The notes beneath the pieces were generated by a model. The model made no database searches and was not told the DNA's origin. It was given only the letters and a program-made list of their open reading frames with translations. A stretch of 64,000 nt of DNA from an uncultured Verrucomicrobiae bacterium (lineage in GTDB: Bacteria > Verrucomicrobiota > Verrucomicrobiia > Chthoniobacterales > UBA10450), in the NCBI GenBank assembly GCA_963801815.1, contig CAWDGJ010000001.1:239914-303913 (forward strand), given 5' to 3'. Of this stretch, positions 47,013 through 58,977 are shown piece after piece (the first letter of the stretch is position 1; the number at the start of each line of letters is the position of its first letter). A program made the position numbers and the translations under genes.

Positions 47013-49766
47013 TTATCTCGCGGCGTCGCTCAGGATGGCGGCCCGCAGCCGTTCCTGAATGCCGGAAATTCGATTTGAGTCCGTAATCTTGCGGCCGTTG
47101 CTGTCGCAAACATAAAACGTATCGATGGCTGCCCCTTTTTGAGTGCTGATCCGGGAAAGAGTGATGTTAACGCCTTCGCGTCCGAGTGCGCTCAGCAAGT
47201 CGTAAAGCAGCCCGATCCGATCAGGCGTTTCAATCTGAACGAGGGTATAAGCCGGATGTGCCTTGTTATCGATTGCGATTCCGGTTGGGAAATCGACTTC
47301 GTGCAAGCTCCGCCGCTGGATACTGCGTCTGGCTTGTTCGAGCAGCGGTCCAAATTCGAACGCTTCCGCTTCCAGAGCTTCGCGAAGCGTGTTCTCTACC
47401 CGGTCCCGATCGCGCTTCTCGCTGATTTCGCGTTCCTTCAAATCGCAAACCCGAAAAATTCCAAGCACGGCCTGATCCCCGCGCGGAAAAATATCCGCGC
47501 TCAGAATATTGAGCGGGACGACAGAGAACGATCCGGCGATCTTGGCGAGCAGGTCGTGTCGGTCCCAGGTGCAAAACGAAACGATGCTGTGCCCAAATTG
47601 CGGAAATGCCTCCCATGAAATTACAGGCTGCAGGGGATGTTCGTTCTCGGCCGAGGTGTTTTCGAAGAAAGACCGAAACAGACGAAGGTGTTTGACGATT
47701 TCGGGAACGTCAAAGGCGCGAAAATAATTGTCTGGCATGAAGTCGAAGTGAGCCTCGATCTCATCGGCGAAGTCGGACGGCAACTGAGCCGAGACTGCCG
47801 CCTGTAAGGTGTCGCGCTCGATTTTTGTTTGCTCGTGATACGATTTTTGGTCGGCAAGATACTGCGATGTCTCATGAAAGAGCTGCCAGACCAGGGATTC
47901 CTTCCAATCCGACCAACGCTGTCCGCTCGTTCCCTGACCGTCGGCCAAAGTGAGCAGCATTAGCGCTTGTAGATTTTTTTGGCTCCGAACAACGTTCGCA
48001 AATTCCACAACCGTTGCCGGGTCGTCGAGGTTCCGCTGCTGGGCGGTGTTGGAGAGCGTGATGTGATGATCGACCAGCAGGATCAGCGATTTTCGTTGCT
48101 CAGACGAAAGTTGAAGGCGTTTGGCGACGCTTTGGGCGAAGAGCGCGCTGGCTTCCGAGTGAGGACGCGCGCCGACAGCTCTGCCGGTATCGTGCAGAAG
48201 CAACGCGAGGTACAGAACGAATGGGTCGTCCAGGTTTTCGAACAGATGACGATATGGGACCAACTTCGAGTCCGTGGTGTGCATAAGCGCATCGAGCTTA
48301 TCGATGCAGAGCAAGGTGTGTTCGTCCGCGGTGTAACGATGAAAAAACTCGTGCTGCACCAGGCAGGTTAGCTGGCCGAACTCGGGAATGTAGCGCCCAA
48401 GAAAATCAACCCGGTGCATCAAACGCAATGCCCGCGCGACTTCGCCCTTCTTCCAAAGCATTGCGGTGAAGATCTCGCGCGGCACTTTGGCGTACTGATA
48501 GGTCCGGGTCACTTGTTCAAGGGAGCGACTCAACAAGTCTTCAAGTTCCGGGCTTAGATCGACATTGTGTTCTTGCGCGAGTTGAAATGCCCGCATCATT
48601 TCCACCGGATCGACTTTGAAAAGATCGCGGCGCTCGGTGTGCAGCTGTCCCTGTCGGATGAAAAACGAGCCCACTTGAACCTGCCGGCCGCGTCGTAAGG
48701 GCAAGAAACTAAAGAGCGAACGGGTGCGACTGGTTGCGTAACCGCTCGCGAATTGCTCCGTGATTCGTTCCGTAACGCGAAAAATATTTCGGGTATGCTT
48801 GTAGTAATCGCGCATCAAGGCTTCGCTCGCGCGTTGGCCTTCCTGGTCCCCGTAACGCAAGCGCTTGGCGATCTCCTGCTGTAAATTCAGAAAAAGCACA
48901 TCGGCGGCGCGGCCGGCGAGATAATGAAGATCGGTCCGAAGCCGCAGAAGAAAATCGTAGGCCGTTTCGATGCGACGCTGGTCCGATTCGCTCAACCAAT
49001 TTTCACCCACCAGGTGCGTGGTGGTCAGGGCGCCTTCTTTGAAATACGACATCCAAAGCAGGTTTTGGTAATCGCGCAGACCGCCGCAACCGTTTTTGAG
49101 ATTCGGTTCCTGCATGTAAACGCTGTCTCCAAATTTGGCGTGTCGCGCCGCCTGATCGCGCATTCGCAGCTCGACGTACTCCCGCTCCGAGCCCTCGACA
49201 CATTTGGCCCGGAATTGATCGCGGAACTCTTGAGCGAGAAGCCGATCCCCCGCCAAAAAGCGTGATTCGAGCATCGCCGTTTTCGTCAACATGTCGGTAT
49301 TGGCTTGCGCGATTGCTTCCTTAATCGAGCGGGTGGAATGCCCAACCTTGAAGCCGATGTCCCAAAGCAAATAAAGAATCTGCTCGACCATCTTTTCCAC
49401 GTAGGAAGAAATTTTGCCTGCGCCATTGCCATGCAACAGCATCACATCAACGTCACTGAACGGATTGAGTTCGCCGCGGCCATAACCGCCAAGAGCGACT
49501 AGCGCCAGGGAAGTTGTCGGTGTTCCCAGCGTGTTCGCCGCCGCCCCGAACACGTGCCGCAAAATCACGTCCACCAGTTCTCCCCGACCAGCACAGATTT
49601 CCCGGCCACCCGCGCCGGCCTGATGTTTCAAACGAAGCCGGTGTTCTTCGAGTTTGAGAAACTTTTTGTAAGTCGGGAGGACTTCAGTCGGACGGCGCTT
49701 TCCGGCATGCGCGAGTTGGTCCTCAGCCCGGGCCAGGACTTCTTCCAGGTTTCGCGAGGTCGCCAT
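47013..49766 (-). CDS. glnD: PII uridylyltransferase / uridylyl-removing enzyme
   Basis: ALGGYGRGELNPFSDVD, EPNLKNGCGGLRD, HRYTADEH, LLHD (HD domain), two ACT domains (DRHDLLAKI; DRIGLLYD). Confidence 0.96.
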   Translation of the reverse strand: MATSRNLEEVLARAEDQLAHAGKRRPTEVLPTYKKFLKLEEHRLRLKHQAGAGGREICAGRGELVDVILRHVFGAAANTLGTPTTSLALVALGGYGRGELNPFSDVDVMLLHGNGAGKISSYVEKMVEQILYLLWDIGFKVGHSTRSIKEAIAQANTDMLTKTAMLESRFLAGDRLLAQEFRDQFRAKCVEGSEREYVELRMRDQAARHAKFGDSVYMQEPNLKNGCGGLRDYQNLLWMSYFKEGALTTTHLVGENWLSESDQRRIETAYDFLLRLRTDLHYLAGRAADVLFLNLQQEIAKRLRYGDQEGQRASEALMRDYYKHTRNIFRVTERITEQFASGYATSRTRSLFSFLPLRRGRQVQVGSFFIRQGQLHTERRDLFKVDPVEMMRAFQLAQEHNVDLSPELEDLLSRSLEQVTRTYQYAKVPREIFTAMLWKKGEVARALRLMHRVDFLGRYIPEFGQLTCLVQHEFFHRYTADEHTLLCIDKLDALMHTTDSKLVPYRHLFENLDDPFVLYLALLLHDTGRAVGARPHSEASALFAQSVAKRLQLSSEQRKSLILLVDHHITLSNTAQQRNLDDPATVVEFANVVRSQKNLQALMLLTLADGQGTSGQRWSDWKESLVWQLFHETSQYLADQKSYHEQTKIERDTLQAAVSAQLPSDFADEIEAHFDFMPDNYFRAFDVPEIVKHLRLFRSFFENTSAENEHPLQPVISWEAFPQFGHSIVSFCTWDRHDLLAKIAGSFSVVPLNILSADIFPRGDQAVLGIFRVCDLKEREISEKRDRDRVENTLREALEAEAFEFGPLLEQARRSIQRRSLHEVDFPTGIAIDNKAHPAYTLVQIETPDRIGLLYDLLSALGREGVNITLSRISTQKGAAIDTFYVCDSNGRKITDSNRISGIQERLRAAILSDAAR

Positions 49767-49901
49767 CTACTCTATGAACTTCCAAGCTCCGAGCCCCAAC
49801 GTCCAAACAAATTCCAAACTTTCAGAAGCGGAAAAACCCAGAAAAAGCGCCTCGCAGGCCTTTTTGATTTGGGATTTCCCTAAGGCTCGGGATTCGGCGC
49901 C

Positions 49902-51290
49902 TTACAGCTCGATCGCGTACCGTTTGAGTTTGTTATAAAGTGTCGGGCGCTGAATGCCGAGGAGCTCGGCAGCTTTCTTCTTGTTGCCGTGACAGTGCGC
50001 CAGCGCTTGAAGGATGGTGACGCGTTCCATGTCGTCCAGACTTTGGACACCCTGAGCCGGCGCGTTCCCTCCAATTTGTTGCAATGCCACCGGTAATTGC
50101 AGTTCCCTCGGCAATTCTTTCACGTCGATCGTGTTCTGGCGAGCCAGGACGACTGCATACTCGATTGCGTTTTGTAATTCGCGCACGTTTCCCGGCCATG
50201 AGTAATCGAGCAATTTCTGAAACGCTTCCGGCGCAATCTGCGGCTCGGCTTTGCCAAGTTGCTGCGCGAATCGCTTTACGAAGAACGCGACTAACGGCGG
50301 GATGTCTTGTTTCCGTTCGCGCAACGGCGGCACGTCGATCTGAAAAGTGTTGATCCGGTAGTAGAGGTCCGAACGCAGCCGATTCTCGGCGAGCGCCTTT
50401 GCGACCGGCCGGTTCGTGGCGGCGATGACGCGAAAATCGGCCTTTAGCGTGCGGGTGCTTCCCAGCGACCGATACTCGCGCTCCTGAAGCACGCGTAGAA
50501 ATCGAGTCTGCAAATCTGCGGGCATGTCGGAGATTTCGTCGAGGAAAAGCGTGCTCCCATTCGCTTCGGCGATCATTCCCGGAAAATCGTTCGTCGCGCC
50601 CGTGAACGCGCCTTTCACGTACCCAAACAACTCACCTTCGATCATCGTCTGCGGAAACGCTGCGCAATTCAGTTTTACCATTGGTCGTCCGGAACGATGG
50701 CTTCGCTGGTGGATCAAGTTGGCGACAATCTCTTTACCGACGCCGCTTTCACCGGTGATCAACACGTTCGCTTCGGATGGCGCCATTGAGTTCACCAGTT
50801 CCTCGATTTCCTGCATCGATTTGCTCTGAAACACCGGTGCCGAACGGGTTTCGGCGATTTCCAGTCGTTTCTCGAGCTCTTCGGTCCTCGCGCGCAACTT
50901 TTGCGTCTCGCGCAGCAACGATTGTTTTTCCAAAGCCTTATCGATGAGACTAAGAAGTTCTTCCGGGGCGTACGGTTTGCTGATGAAATGATAGGCGCCG
51001 CGCTTGATCGATTCGATCGCATTATCAAGTGTGTCGTGTGCAGTCACAATGATGACCGGTGTCTGCGGTTGCTCTGTTTTGATCTGATCCAAAATCTCCA
51101 AACCCTGGACGTCCGGGAGTTGGAGATCGAGAAGGACAAGCGACGTCGATTTATTTTTCAATGCCTTGAGTCCGGCGGCCGCGGTGGCGGCTGTTTCGGT
51201 TTCAAATCCGTGTCGACCCAGCAGGGCTTCGAGCGTAAGCAGGATCGGTCGCTCGTCGTCGATGATGAGGATTCGGCGACTGTCTTTCAT
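49902..51290 (-). CDS. NtrC-family sigma54-dependent response regulator
   Basis: Receiver domain (IIDDE, LLDLQLP, KP), GESGVGKE, GAFTGA, FLDEI, C-terminal HTH. Confidence 0.93.
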   Translation of the reverse strand: MKDSRRILIIDDERPILLTLEALLGRHGFETETAATAAAGLKALKNKSTSLVLLDLQLPDVQGLEILDQIKTEQPQTPVIIVTAHDTLDNAIESIKRGAYHFISKPYAPEELLSLIDKALEKQSLLRETQKLRARTEELEKRLEIAETRSAPVFQSKSMQEIEELVNSMAPSEANVLITGESGVGKEIVANLIHQRSHRSGRPMVKLNCAAFPQTMIEGELFGYVKGAFTGATNDFPGMIAEANGSTLFLDEISDMPADLQTRFLRVLQEREYRSLGSTRTLKADFRVIAATNRPVAKALAENRLRSDLYYRINTFQIDVPPLRERKQDIPPLVAFFVKRFAQQLGKAEPQIAPEAFQKLLDYSWPGNVRELQNAIEYAVVLARQNTIDVKELPRELQLPVALQQIGGNAPAQGVQSLDDMERVTILQALAHCHGNKKKAAELLGIQRPTLYNKLKRYAIEL

Positions 51291-51979
51291 GAAACCGGTA
51301 AGGTGACTCTCGTTACGAGCGTGGACTTGGCGCGCTCGTAGTCAGCATCGAATTTGCCGCCGTGCGCTTCCGCGATAACTCGCATTCGATTCAACCCAAG
51401 GCCGTAATGGCCTTGGCTGACGTTGCGTAACGGTTCGCGTCCCCACGATTTTGTGGAGAGCTCAAACTTCGCTTTCGGTTCGCGCAGTTCGAACACGAAC
51501 TGCCCGTTTTCGACGACCGCCGTGGCAGTGATCACTTTGACGTCTCGTTCGTGTTGAAATGCGTTCCGAAAAAGTTCGAGCAAAGCCTCCAGTGCCATCT
51601 GCGGGTCGATTTCCAGCTTTTCGTCTTTCACTTGTACGTCCCAAGTGACCTTCTTCGCGTTGTCGGCGAAATCGTTCTCCAGCTTCTGTTTCAAATCTTC
51701 AATGAAGTCCGCGACCGAATAGGAAATAAGCGTGGGGTTCGTCTGGCTGAGTCTCGCGCTCAACTTTTGCAAACTCGTGCTCATTTCGGAGATGATTTCC
51801 CGCAGGCGGCTGACTTCGCCTTTGATTTCCAATTCGTTTGCGAGCTCCGCGAGGTAGGCCGATTGCAGCTCCACCGCGTTCAAATTATTTCGAATGTCGT
51901 GTCCGAGCTGGCGAACAAACTTGACGATGTCCGGCCACGGCACTGTGGGCGGCTCGCTGCGCGGATTCTCCGAGCTCAT
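51287..51979 (-). CDS. Short histidine-kinase-like protein without a sensor domain
   Basis: H-box GHDIRNNL, N-box ELFRNAF, G2 GHYGLGL, AHGG. 4-nt overlap with the response regulator gene. Confidence 0.8.
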   Translation of the reverse strand: MSSENPRSEPPTVPWPDIVKFVRQLGHDIRNNLNAVELQSAYLAELANELEIKGEVSRLREIISEMSTSLQKLSARLSQTNPTLISYSVADFIEDLKQKLENDFADNAKKVTWDVQVKDEKLEIDPQMALEALLELFRNAFQHERDVKVITATAVVENGQFVFELREPKAKFELSTKSWGREPLRNVSQGHYGLGLNRMRVIAEAHGGKFDADYERAKSTLVTRVTLPVS

Positions 51980-52004
51980 AGATCAGCTCGAGACCGAGCA
52001 ACTG

Positions 52005-53582
52005 CTATTCCTTGAGACGAAATTTGTCCTCCGACGGTCCCTCACCTTTGGAAATCTGCACACGCAAGTCGTTGCTCGCAAGATGTTGCAGCACGTGAAA
52101 TACATCCTCCGGGTCGGCGTCGATTGAGCGCGCGATTTCTTCAGCGGTCTTGTCAGTTGCCGGCGAAAGTTTGCCACGGACCTCGCTTTGCAATTGAAGC
52201 AAGCGGGTAGCCGCTTTCTTTCCCGCCTCTACTCCCGGTTGATGATACGCATTGATATTTACCAGCGACCCATAGAACCCAACCGCGCGTTCGTAGAGCG
52301 CGATCAATGCACCGATATTGAACGCATTCGCCTCTGGAATGCTTACCGTGATCGACTCCCGATTTTTTTCATAGAGCGCCGCCCGTGTGCCGCGAAGAAA
52401 ACCGTGGAGGTAATCGCCGCTGGTTACTTCAGGCTCGACTTCAAAAGGCGATTGATTGCGGTCCTTTGCGACTTCGATGAACGTGACAAAGAAGTTTAGG
52501 ACCCCGTCGCGCAGTTGCTGCACATACGCATGCTGATCCGTCGAACCTTTGTTTCCATAAACTGCGATCCCCTGGTTGACGATTTTTCCGTCCAGGTCCT
52601 TCTCTTTGCCTAACGATTCCATCACCAGCTGTTGAAGGTAACGGCTGAACAACAGCAACCGGTCTTTGTATGGCAACACCACCATGTCTTTTTCTCCGCG
52701 GCCGTTGCCGATGTAAAACCACATTAACGCGAGCAGCATCGCCGCGTTCTGGCGAAAGTCGTTCGTCCGCGTCCGCTCGTCCATCGCGGCCGCGCCCGCC
52801 AAAAAGCTATCGATATCGAATCCTTGCAACGCCATCGGAACGAGACCGACTGCACTCATCACCGATGTCCGGCCACCGACCCAGTCCCACATCGGAAAAC
52901 GCGCGAGCCAGCCATTGTCCTTCGCGAGTTTGTCCAAATCGCTGCCCGCGCCGGTAATCGCGATTGCGTGTCTCGAAAAATTCAGGCCGGCGGCTTTGAA
53001 CCGTGCTTCGGCTTCCAGCATTCCATTGCGGGTCTCCTTCGTCCCGCCGGATTTCGAAATCACGACTACCAGCGTCCGCCCGAGTTCGTTCCCGATTTGG
53101 GAGAAGACGCGGTCAAATCCATCCGGGTCTGTGTTATCAAAAAAGAAAATGTTCAACGGATCGGTTGTGGTCCCGAGCGCGGCGGCGATGAATTGCGGTC
53201 CGAGCGCGGAGCCGCCGATTCCAATCGACAGAACGTGCTGAAATTTCTCGTCACTGGCGTTCTTGATGCTTCCGCCGTGAACACTGGACGCGAATTTCTT
53301 GATGGCTGCGATTGTATTCTCAATTTCGGTGCGCAGTTCGGCAGTCGGCGCAAGCGACGGTTTCCGCAGCCAGTAATGCCCGACCATTCGCTTTTCGTCC
53401 GGATTTGCGATTCCGCCGGCTTCCAGGTTGCGCATGGCCGCAAACGCCTTCTCCATCTTCGGCGCCATTTTCTCGAAAAAATCGTCCGGAAATTTCATCC
53501 GGCTGATATCGATCGAGATACCGAGATCGTCGTAGCGGAGGAAGTTTTGTTGGAATCGCTGCCAGAGCGATGACGAAGCCAT
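52005..53582 (-). CDS. pgi: Glucose-6-phosphate isomerase
   Basis: [47 protein letters not shown]. Confidence 0.97.
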   Translation of the reverse strand: MASSSLWQRFQQNFLRYDDLGISIDISRMKFPDDFFEKMAPKMEKAFAAMRNLEAGGIANPDEKRMVGHYWLRKPSLAPTAELRTEIENTIAAIKKFASSVHGGSIKNASDEKFQHVLSIGIGGSALGPQFIAAALGTTTDPLNIFFFDNTDPDGFDRVFSQIGNELGRTLVVVISKSGGTKETRNGMLEAEARFKAAGLNFSRHAIAITGAGSDLDKLAKDNGWLARFPMWDWVGGRTSVMSAVGLVPMALQGFDIDSFLAGAAAMDERTRTNDFRQNAAMLLALMWFYIGNGRGEKDMVVLPYKDRLLLFSRYLQQLVMESLGKEKDLDGKIVNQGIAVYGNKGSTDQHAYVQQLRDGVLNFFVTFIEVAKDRNQSPFEVEPEVTSGDYLHGFLRGTRAALYEKNRESITVSIPEANAFNIGALIALYERAVGFYGSLVNINAYHQPGVEAGKKAATRLLQLQSEVRGKLSPATDKTAEEIARSIDADPEDVFHVLQHLASNDLRVQISKGEGPSEDKFRLKE

Positions 53583-53980
53583 ACTAAGAGTGTTCAGTGA
53601 TCAGTGATAAGGGTTCAGCGTCAAACTTCATCCCGCTCATTCTTATCCGCAATCTTGCCACTTGTCACTGGTCACAGTTCACTTGTTACTTCTTGATCGG
53701 TACTTCTTCTTGCGGCGCAACTTCGTATTTCGGTTCGGGACGCGCCAACCCGAAAACTCTGCTGTTTTGAGCAACTCATGAGTGGAAAACGGAAAGAAAT
53801 TCCGATAAACGAGTAGGAAGCAGTTTCTCCCCATGAGGTTAGCGATTCTCGCAGAAGCGTAAGTTTTCGCCGGTAATGTCGGAAGTCTTTACGATTCATT
53901 CAATATTGCAAACTGTGAGTTCGGTGCGCGTAAATTATAAGTTACTCATGTTGAGATGATTATAATTTACAGCTCTGAGA

Positions 53981-53997
53981 TTGGCATCTGTTCTGCT
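53981..53997 (+). promoter_or_regulatory. Sigma54 (-24/-12) promoter
   Basis: TTGGCATCTGTTCTGCT with GG-N10-GC spacing, ending 21 nt before the ATG at 54019. Confidence 0.7.
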
Positions 53998-54018
53998 CGA
54001 CCAAATCGTACGCTTACT

Positions 54019-54666
54019 ATGAAACACAAATTGACAACCATCATAATGGCTCTGGTTGGGATCGGGGCCGCGTTTTCCGCTCAGACGTACGCTGCCACGG
54101 TCACGTTTAGCTTCCTAGAGAATGGAAGCAACGTGAATCTGGGTAACACGAGCACGTTTACAGAAGGGGGTTTATCCCTCACGGCCAGTGGATTCCTCAC
54201 CTCAGGTGGGGCTACGGCTCTTTTTGCAAAAAGTACAGGGCCTATAGGAGGCGCTGGTGAGACGGGGTTGGGCCTCGCGAGAGACCCTTCGGGTGACAAC
54301 GAAATCACGACTGATGATTTTATCCAGCTTACAGTGCCTACAACTCCGACGTCCACTTTTAACCTGGCCCTCTTGTCCAGTGTGCAACAGGGTGAGCAGG
54401 CGCTCGTTTATTTCACGACTACATCGGGGTCCTTAACGGGGGCGACACTTATCGGGACGATAACCAACGCAGACGGCTCCGTCACAATTCCAAATTCCGA
54501 CCAGACCGGCTTTATAGATATAACGGCTGGCAGTGCCAATGTGCTTTTAGAAAGCGCTACATTTACGAGCAACAGGACCACAGTTCCGGACAGCGGCACG
54601 ACTGCAGTGCTACTGGGCTGTGCTCTTAGTGGTCTCGGTGTCGTGCGCCGCTGGTTGAAGCGCTAA
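54019..54666 (+). CDS. VPDSG-CTERM (PEP-CTERM-like) exosortase substrate
   Basis: Signal peptide, Thr/Gly/Ser-rich body, C-terminal VPDSGTT + TM helix + RRWLKR. Confidence 0.9.
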   Translation: MKHKLTTIIMALVGIGAAFSAQTYAATVTFSFLENGSNVNLGNTSTFTEGGLSLTASGFLTSGGATALFAKSTGPIGGAGETGLGLARDPSGDNEITTDDFIQLTVPTTPTSTFNLALLSSVQQGEQALVYFTTTSGSLTGATLIGTITNADGSVTIPNSDQTGFIDITAGSANVLLESATFTSNRTTVPDSGTTAVLLGCALSGLGVVRRWLKR

Positions 54667-54691
54667 GCTCAACCTCACGCTAATCAAATTG

Positions 54692-54725
54692 AAGTGGCTG
54701 TTCGATGAGCGGCCACTTTTATTTT
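54692..54725 (+). terminator. Intrinsic terminator
   Basis: AAGTGGCTGTTC-GAT-GAGCGGCCACTT followed by TTATTTT. Confidence 0.7.
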
Positions 54726-54774
54726 GTCCACAACGTCCGGAGGGACGACCTCCCTGTCGTCCCAAAAATTAATA

Positions 54775-54828
54775 GGTAGGGGCGGTTCACCGAACCGCCC
54801 GCGGACGATTGAGGTCAATCGCCCCTAC
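54775..54828. repeat. GTAG-family REP doublet, copy 3
   Basis: GGTAGGGGCGGTTCACCGAACCGCCCGCGGACGATTGAGGTCAATCGCCCCTAC. Confidence 0.8.
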
Positions 54829-54832
54829 GAAA

Positions 54833-57141
54833 TTATCCGGGTGGTTTGGCGGACTTTTGCTCAGTGGTCTCGCGTTTAACCGGTACTTCTTCTCGCGGCG
54901 CAACTTCGTATTCCGGCTTAGGCACGCCCATTAGCCAATGATCGAACCAACCGACAATATTTTGTAATCGCTCGACGCGATGCCACGGCTGGCCAGAACG
55001 TGAAAGCTCATGTGATTCGTTCGGAAAACGCACCATGACGGTCGGGATTTTCCGGAATTTAAGCGCGCGGAACATTTCTTCGCCGCCCGCGCCCGGCGGT
55101 GTGCGATAATCAGCTTCGCCTAAAATAAACATCATCGGCGTTTTGACATTCTTGATATAAGTGATGGGCGAGCGGGCTTTGAAGTCTTCTTCCTGGTCGA
55201 ACGGCGGGCCTTTGAACCAGTTCGGTTGAAACAAGGTGAAGTCCGCCGTGTACCACCAATCGCGCCCAGCTTGCGATGTCGCGCTGCGCTACCGCGGCAG
55301 CGAACCGATCGGTGTGGCCGACCACCCAGTTGGTCAGCAAGCCGCCGCCACTTCCGCCGGTCACGCCGAGTTTCTTGTTGTCGATGTAGCCGCGCTTGAT
55401 CACTTCATCGACGCCGGCCATCAGGTCTTTGAAGTCGTCGCCGGGATAATGGTATTGAATCACGTTTCCAAATTCCTGGCCGTAGCTGGTGCTGCCGCGC
55501 GGATTCGGATAGAGCACGACGTAGCCTTTCGCGGCCATCCATTGGAACTCGTGAACGAAGAGATAGCCGTAAGCCGCGTGTGGTCCGCCGTGAATGTTCA
55601 AAATCAGCGGATATTTCTTGGTCGCGTCGAAGCCGGGCGGTTTTTGCAACCACGCCTGGATTGTTTGCCCGTCGAAGCTCTTGTAGGTAATCTCTTCCGG
55701 TTCGGTCAGATTGAGCTTGGAGAACAAGCGAATCGTTGAACCGCGTTAACTGTTTCGGCGAGCCGCCGCTTCGATCGGTCACAAACAAATCGCCAAGACG
55801 AGTCGGCGTCGACAGCGTGTAAATTAACTCGGAACCATCTTGTGACTCCCGAAATCCGATCACTTGCTGATTTCCGGTTGTGAGGTCCTTCGGTTGACCC
55901 GATTCAATGTCAAACTCTGCCAGGTTTGCTCGTCCCTGTTTCGAATAGTTTTCGATTAGCGATCGGCCGTCTGGGTTCCATACTGGCCGGTTGCGCCCAC
56001 CTGCGCGAGGCGTCTCGCTATCACCGATAAGCGAACTGCCGATGTCGAAATCGAATTTTTCAGTCAGGTTCCTCGGCTTTGCGTTTGGCGTGAGATCGAC
56101 AACCCAAAGGTCCGGCTGGGTGTAGGAGTTGACCGGTTGAGTCACCGACGCCACAAACGCGAGTCGTTTGCCGTCGGGACTGAGCGAAAGGCCGCCAATG
56201 TCCATTTCGAAGGTGTTGATCTTGGTTGCGTTGCCGCCGCCGGCACTGATCGAGTAAAGCTCGCTCCGCGCACTGTCGTAATACGGTTCGTCGACGCGCA
56301 ACGAAACGAAGTAAATCTGCGAGCCGTCCTTCGACCAGACAATGCTGCCTTCGTCGAAGCGCCCGAACGTTAACTGCTTCGGCTGCACTTTTTCGTCGGC
56401 GTTATGCGGAGCCTGGACCACCCAGATATGGGACGGATGTTTTGGATCGGCGTAGCCTTCGTTGTCCTCGCGATAAACGGCCCGCGTAATCACACGCACA
56501 TCGCTTTCGTGTTCGGCTTCAGCTTCGGCCTTCTTGGCTGCTTCGGTGTCTGTTTTGTTGCTCTTAGTAGCCGGCGATTTGGAGGCCTGGGAGGAGGTTG
56601 AAGCCGAGGTTGCGCTGACAGCCTTCTTTAGTTCTTCTTCTTTCTTCTTTTTCTTTTCCTGCTTGGCGAGATCTTCAGGGTTCGCTTCGTTTGTGAAGGC
56701 AATCGTCTTTCCGTCTGGAGACCATACCGGACTGCCGGCGCCCTTCGGCAAATCCGTGAACGAAAACGAATCGCCGCCCGCCATCGGAAGAATCGACAAT
56801 TGCGGTTCGCCGGGCTTTCCATCCTTTTCCGTCGCGCGAACGAAGAGCAAAAATTTTCCGTCGGGCGACCAGCGCGGTGTTGAGTCATGGTCGCCTTTGG
56901 TCAACTGATGCGGTTCTTCGCCGCCCGAAGTCGACACCGACCAGATCGAAGTGTTATAGCCTTCCTTTTTCTCGTTTACCGTGACGCGCACAAAAGCCAC
57001 GCGCGATCCGTCCGGCGAGACTTGCGGATCTCCGATCCAGACGAAGTCCCAGAGATCTTTTTCGGTAATGTTTCGTTTTTGGGCCGAAAGTGTGCCAATG
57101 CCGGCGATTGAAACGAGGAGAAGAGTGACGAGTGTGCGCAT
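54833..57141 (-). CDS. S9-family (prolyl oligopeptidase-like) exported peptidase, split by two frameshifts (about 55725 and 55260)
   Basis: Signal peptide and propeller repeats (WSPDG). Catalytic pieces in successive frames: IHGGPH, NPRGS, GGSGGG (Ser), ADYRT (Asp), ESHELSR (His). Confidence 0.88.
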
Positions 57142-57299
57142 AGAAGCTCTGAAAGAGGCGTTGATTAGCAAGGATTTTGCTCAGGTCACATCTGATTGTC
57201 GATTTTGGCGTGAAATTCAGAGAGCGTGGAAAACCGCCCTGGCCTGCCGTCCGCCGGGCGAACTACCGACTGTCAATTGCACCTTGGAACGGGTCTAAC

Positions 57300-58610
57300 T
57301 TACATGTGTTCGATGACGTTGTCGCCAAACTGCGAACACTTGATTTCGGTAGCGCCTTGCATCAGGCGCGCGAAATCGTAGGTCACGCGTTTGCTCGCGA
57401 TCGCGCCTTTCAGTCCTTTAAGATGAGATCGGCGGCTTCGGTCCAGCCCATGTAGCGGAACATCATTTCGCCGGACAGAATCACCGAGCCAGGATTCACT
57501 TTGTCCTGGTTCGCGTACTTCGGCGCAGTGCCGTGGGTCGCTTCGAAGACCGCGTGACCGGTGATGTAATTGATATTGCCGCCGGGCGCGATGCCGATGC
57601 CGCCGACTTGCGCGGCGAGCGCGTCGCTCAAGTAGTCGCCGTTCAAATTCAAGCGTCGCGATGACGTCGAAATCTTCCGGGCGCGTCAACACTTGTTGCA
57701 GCGTGATGTCGGCAATGGCGTCTTTGATCACAATTCCGCCACCCGGTTTGCCCATTGGAATTTTGCACCACGGCCCACCGTCGATCTCTTCCGCACCGAA
57801 ATAACTCTTCGCAATTTCGTAACCCCAATCGCGAAACGCGCCTTCGGTGAACTTCATGATGTTGCCCTTGTGCACCAACGTCACACTCTTGCGCTGGTTC
57901 AGGATCGCATAACTGATCGCGCTGTGGATCAATCGCACGCTGCCGGAGCGACTCACTGGCTTCAGTCCGAGGCCGACCATCACATCACTTTTTTCGGGGG
58001 CGCCGACCATCTTCCAAAACTCGGCTGCCTTTTCTTTCGTGCCGAACCGGATCTTGGTGAACTCCTTCGGAAATTCTTTCGCGAAAAAATCGAGGATCTT
58101 TTGAGCTTCCGGCGTGCCGGCCGCGTATTCGATGCCGGCGTAAATGTCCTCCGTGTTTTCGCGGAAGATCACCATGTTCACCTTCTCGGGATGTTTTACG
58201 GGCGAGGGAACGCCGGTAAAATACTGGACCGGGCGCAAACAGACGTAGAGATCGAGAAGTTGCCGGAGCGCGACGTTGAGTGAACGAATTCCGCCACCGA
58301 CGGGTGTGGTCAGTGGACCTTTGATGCCGACCAGAAACTCGCGAAACGCTTCGACCGTGTCGTCCGGCAGCCAGGTATCGAACTTGTCTTTCGCGACCTG
58401 TCCGGCAAACACTTCAAACCACGAAATTTTCTTTTTCCCGCCGTAGGCTTTCTTCACCGCGGCATCCATCACTCGGACGCTTGCCGCCCAGATATCGGGC
58501 CCCGTGCCGTCTCCGCGAATGAACGGAATGATTGGGTTATCCGGGACGTTCAGTTTTTGATCACGGGTAATTTTTTCGCCGGCCGGCGGTGCGATATCTT
58601 TATAAGGCAT
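57300..58610 (-). CDS. icd: NADP-dependent isocitrate dehydrogenase (two compensating frameshifts, about 57650 and 57418)
   Basis: [44 protein letters not shown]. The conserved NLNGDYLSD...[10 protein letters not shown] lies in the alternate frame 57410-57652, then returns to VTYDFAR. Confidence 0.95.
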   Translation of the reverse strand: MPYKDIAPPAGEKITRDQKLNVPDNPIIPFIRGDGTGPDIWAASVRVMDAAVKKAYGGKKKISWFEVFAGQVAKDKFDTWLPDDTVEAFREFLVGIKGPLTTPVGGGIRSLNVALRQLLDLYVCLRPVQYFTGVPSPVKHPEKVNMVIFRENTEDIYAGIEYAAGTPEAQKILDFFAKEFPKEFTKIRFGTKEKAAEFWKMVGAPEKSDVMVGLGLKPVSRSGSVRLIHSAISYAILNQRKSVTLVHKGNIMKFTEGAFRDWGYEIAKSYFGAEEIDGGPWCKIPMGKPGGGIVIKDAIADITLQQVLTRPEDFDVIATLEFERRLLERRARRASRRHRHRARRQYQLHHRSRGLRSDPRHCAEVREPGQSESWLGDSVRRNDVPLHGLDRSRRSHLKGLKGAIASKRVTYDFARLMQGATEIKCSQFGDNVIEHM

Positions 58611-58977
58611 AAACGGCAACTGTGCCGCAGATGTGACCAGTGACAAGTGACGAGTGACAGGAAATCCTTGTTGTCCGGATACGTCCAAATCGGCGTATCA
58701 ACAATTCAGCCGAGATGGCCCAAACAGCGCCTCTCTCTATATATATAAGATGACCGCCAGCTCCAAGGGCGGTCCCGGCGTCAGATGAGGGTTGGGAACA
58801 ACAAATTCGGCATTACTCGCCAAGGTGCCGGTTGGCGCTTCAATTCAAAAAAGCAAGGCCGGGGATAATAAGCAAAACTAGGGAAAAACTGGATGCAGCT
58901 GTAGGGAACTCGAGTTGCTTTACAAGTTGTGAATAACATACCTTCCGACTTCGACGCGGAACGGCACAATTGTCCTG

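Noticed and set aside
57410..57660. Programmed frameshifting or pseudogenisation of icd
   Set aside because: Two compensating single-base shifts with intact conserved motifs, in a window with many similar indels, fit sequencing error better.
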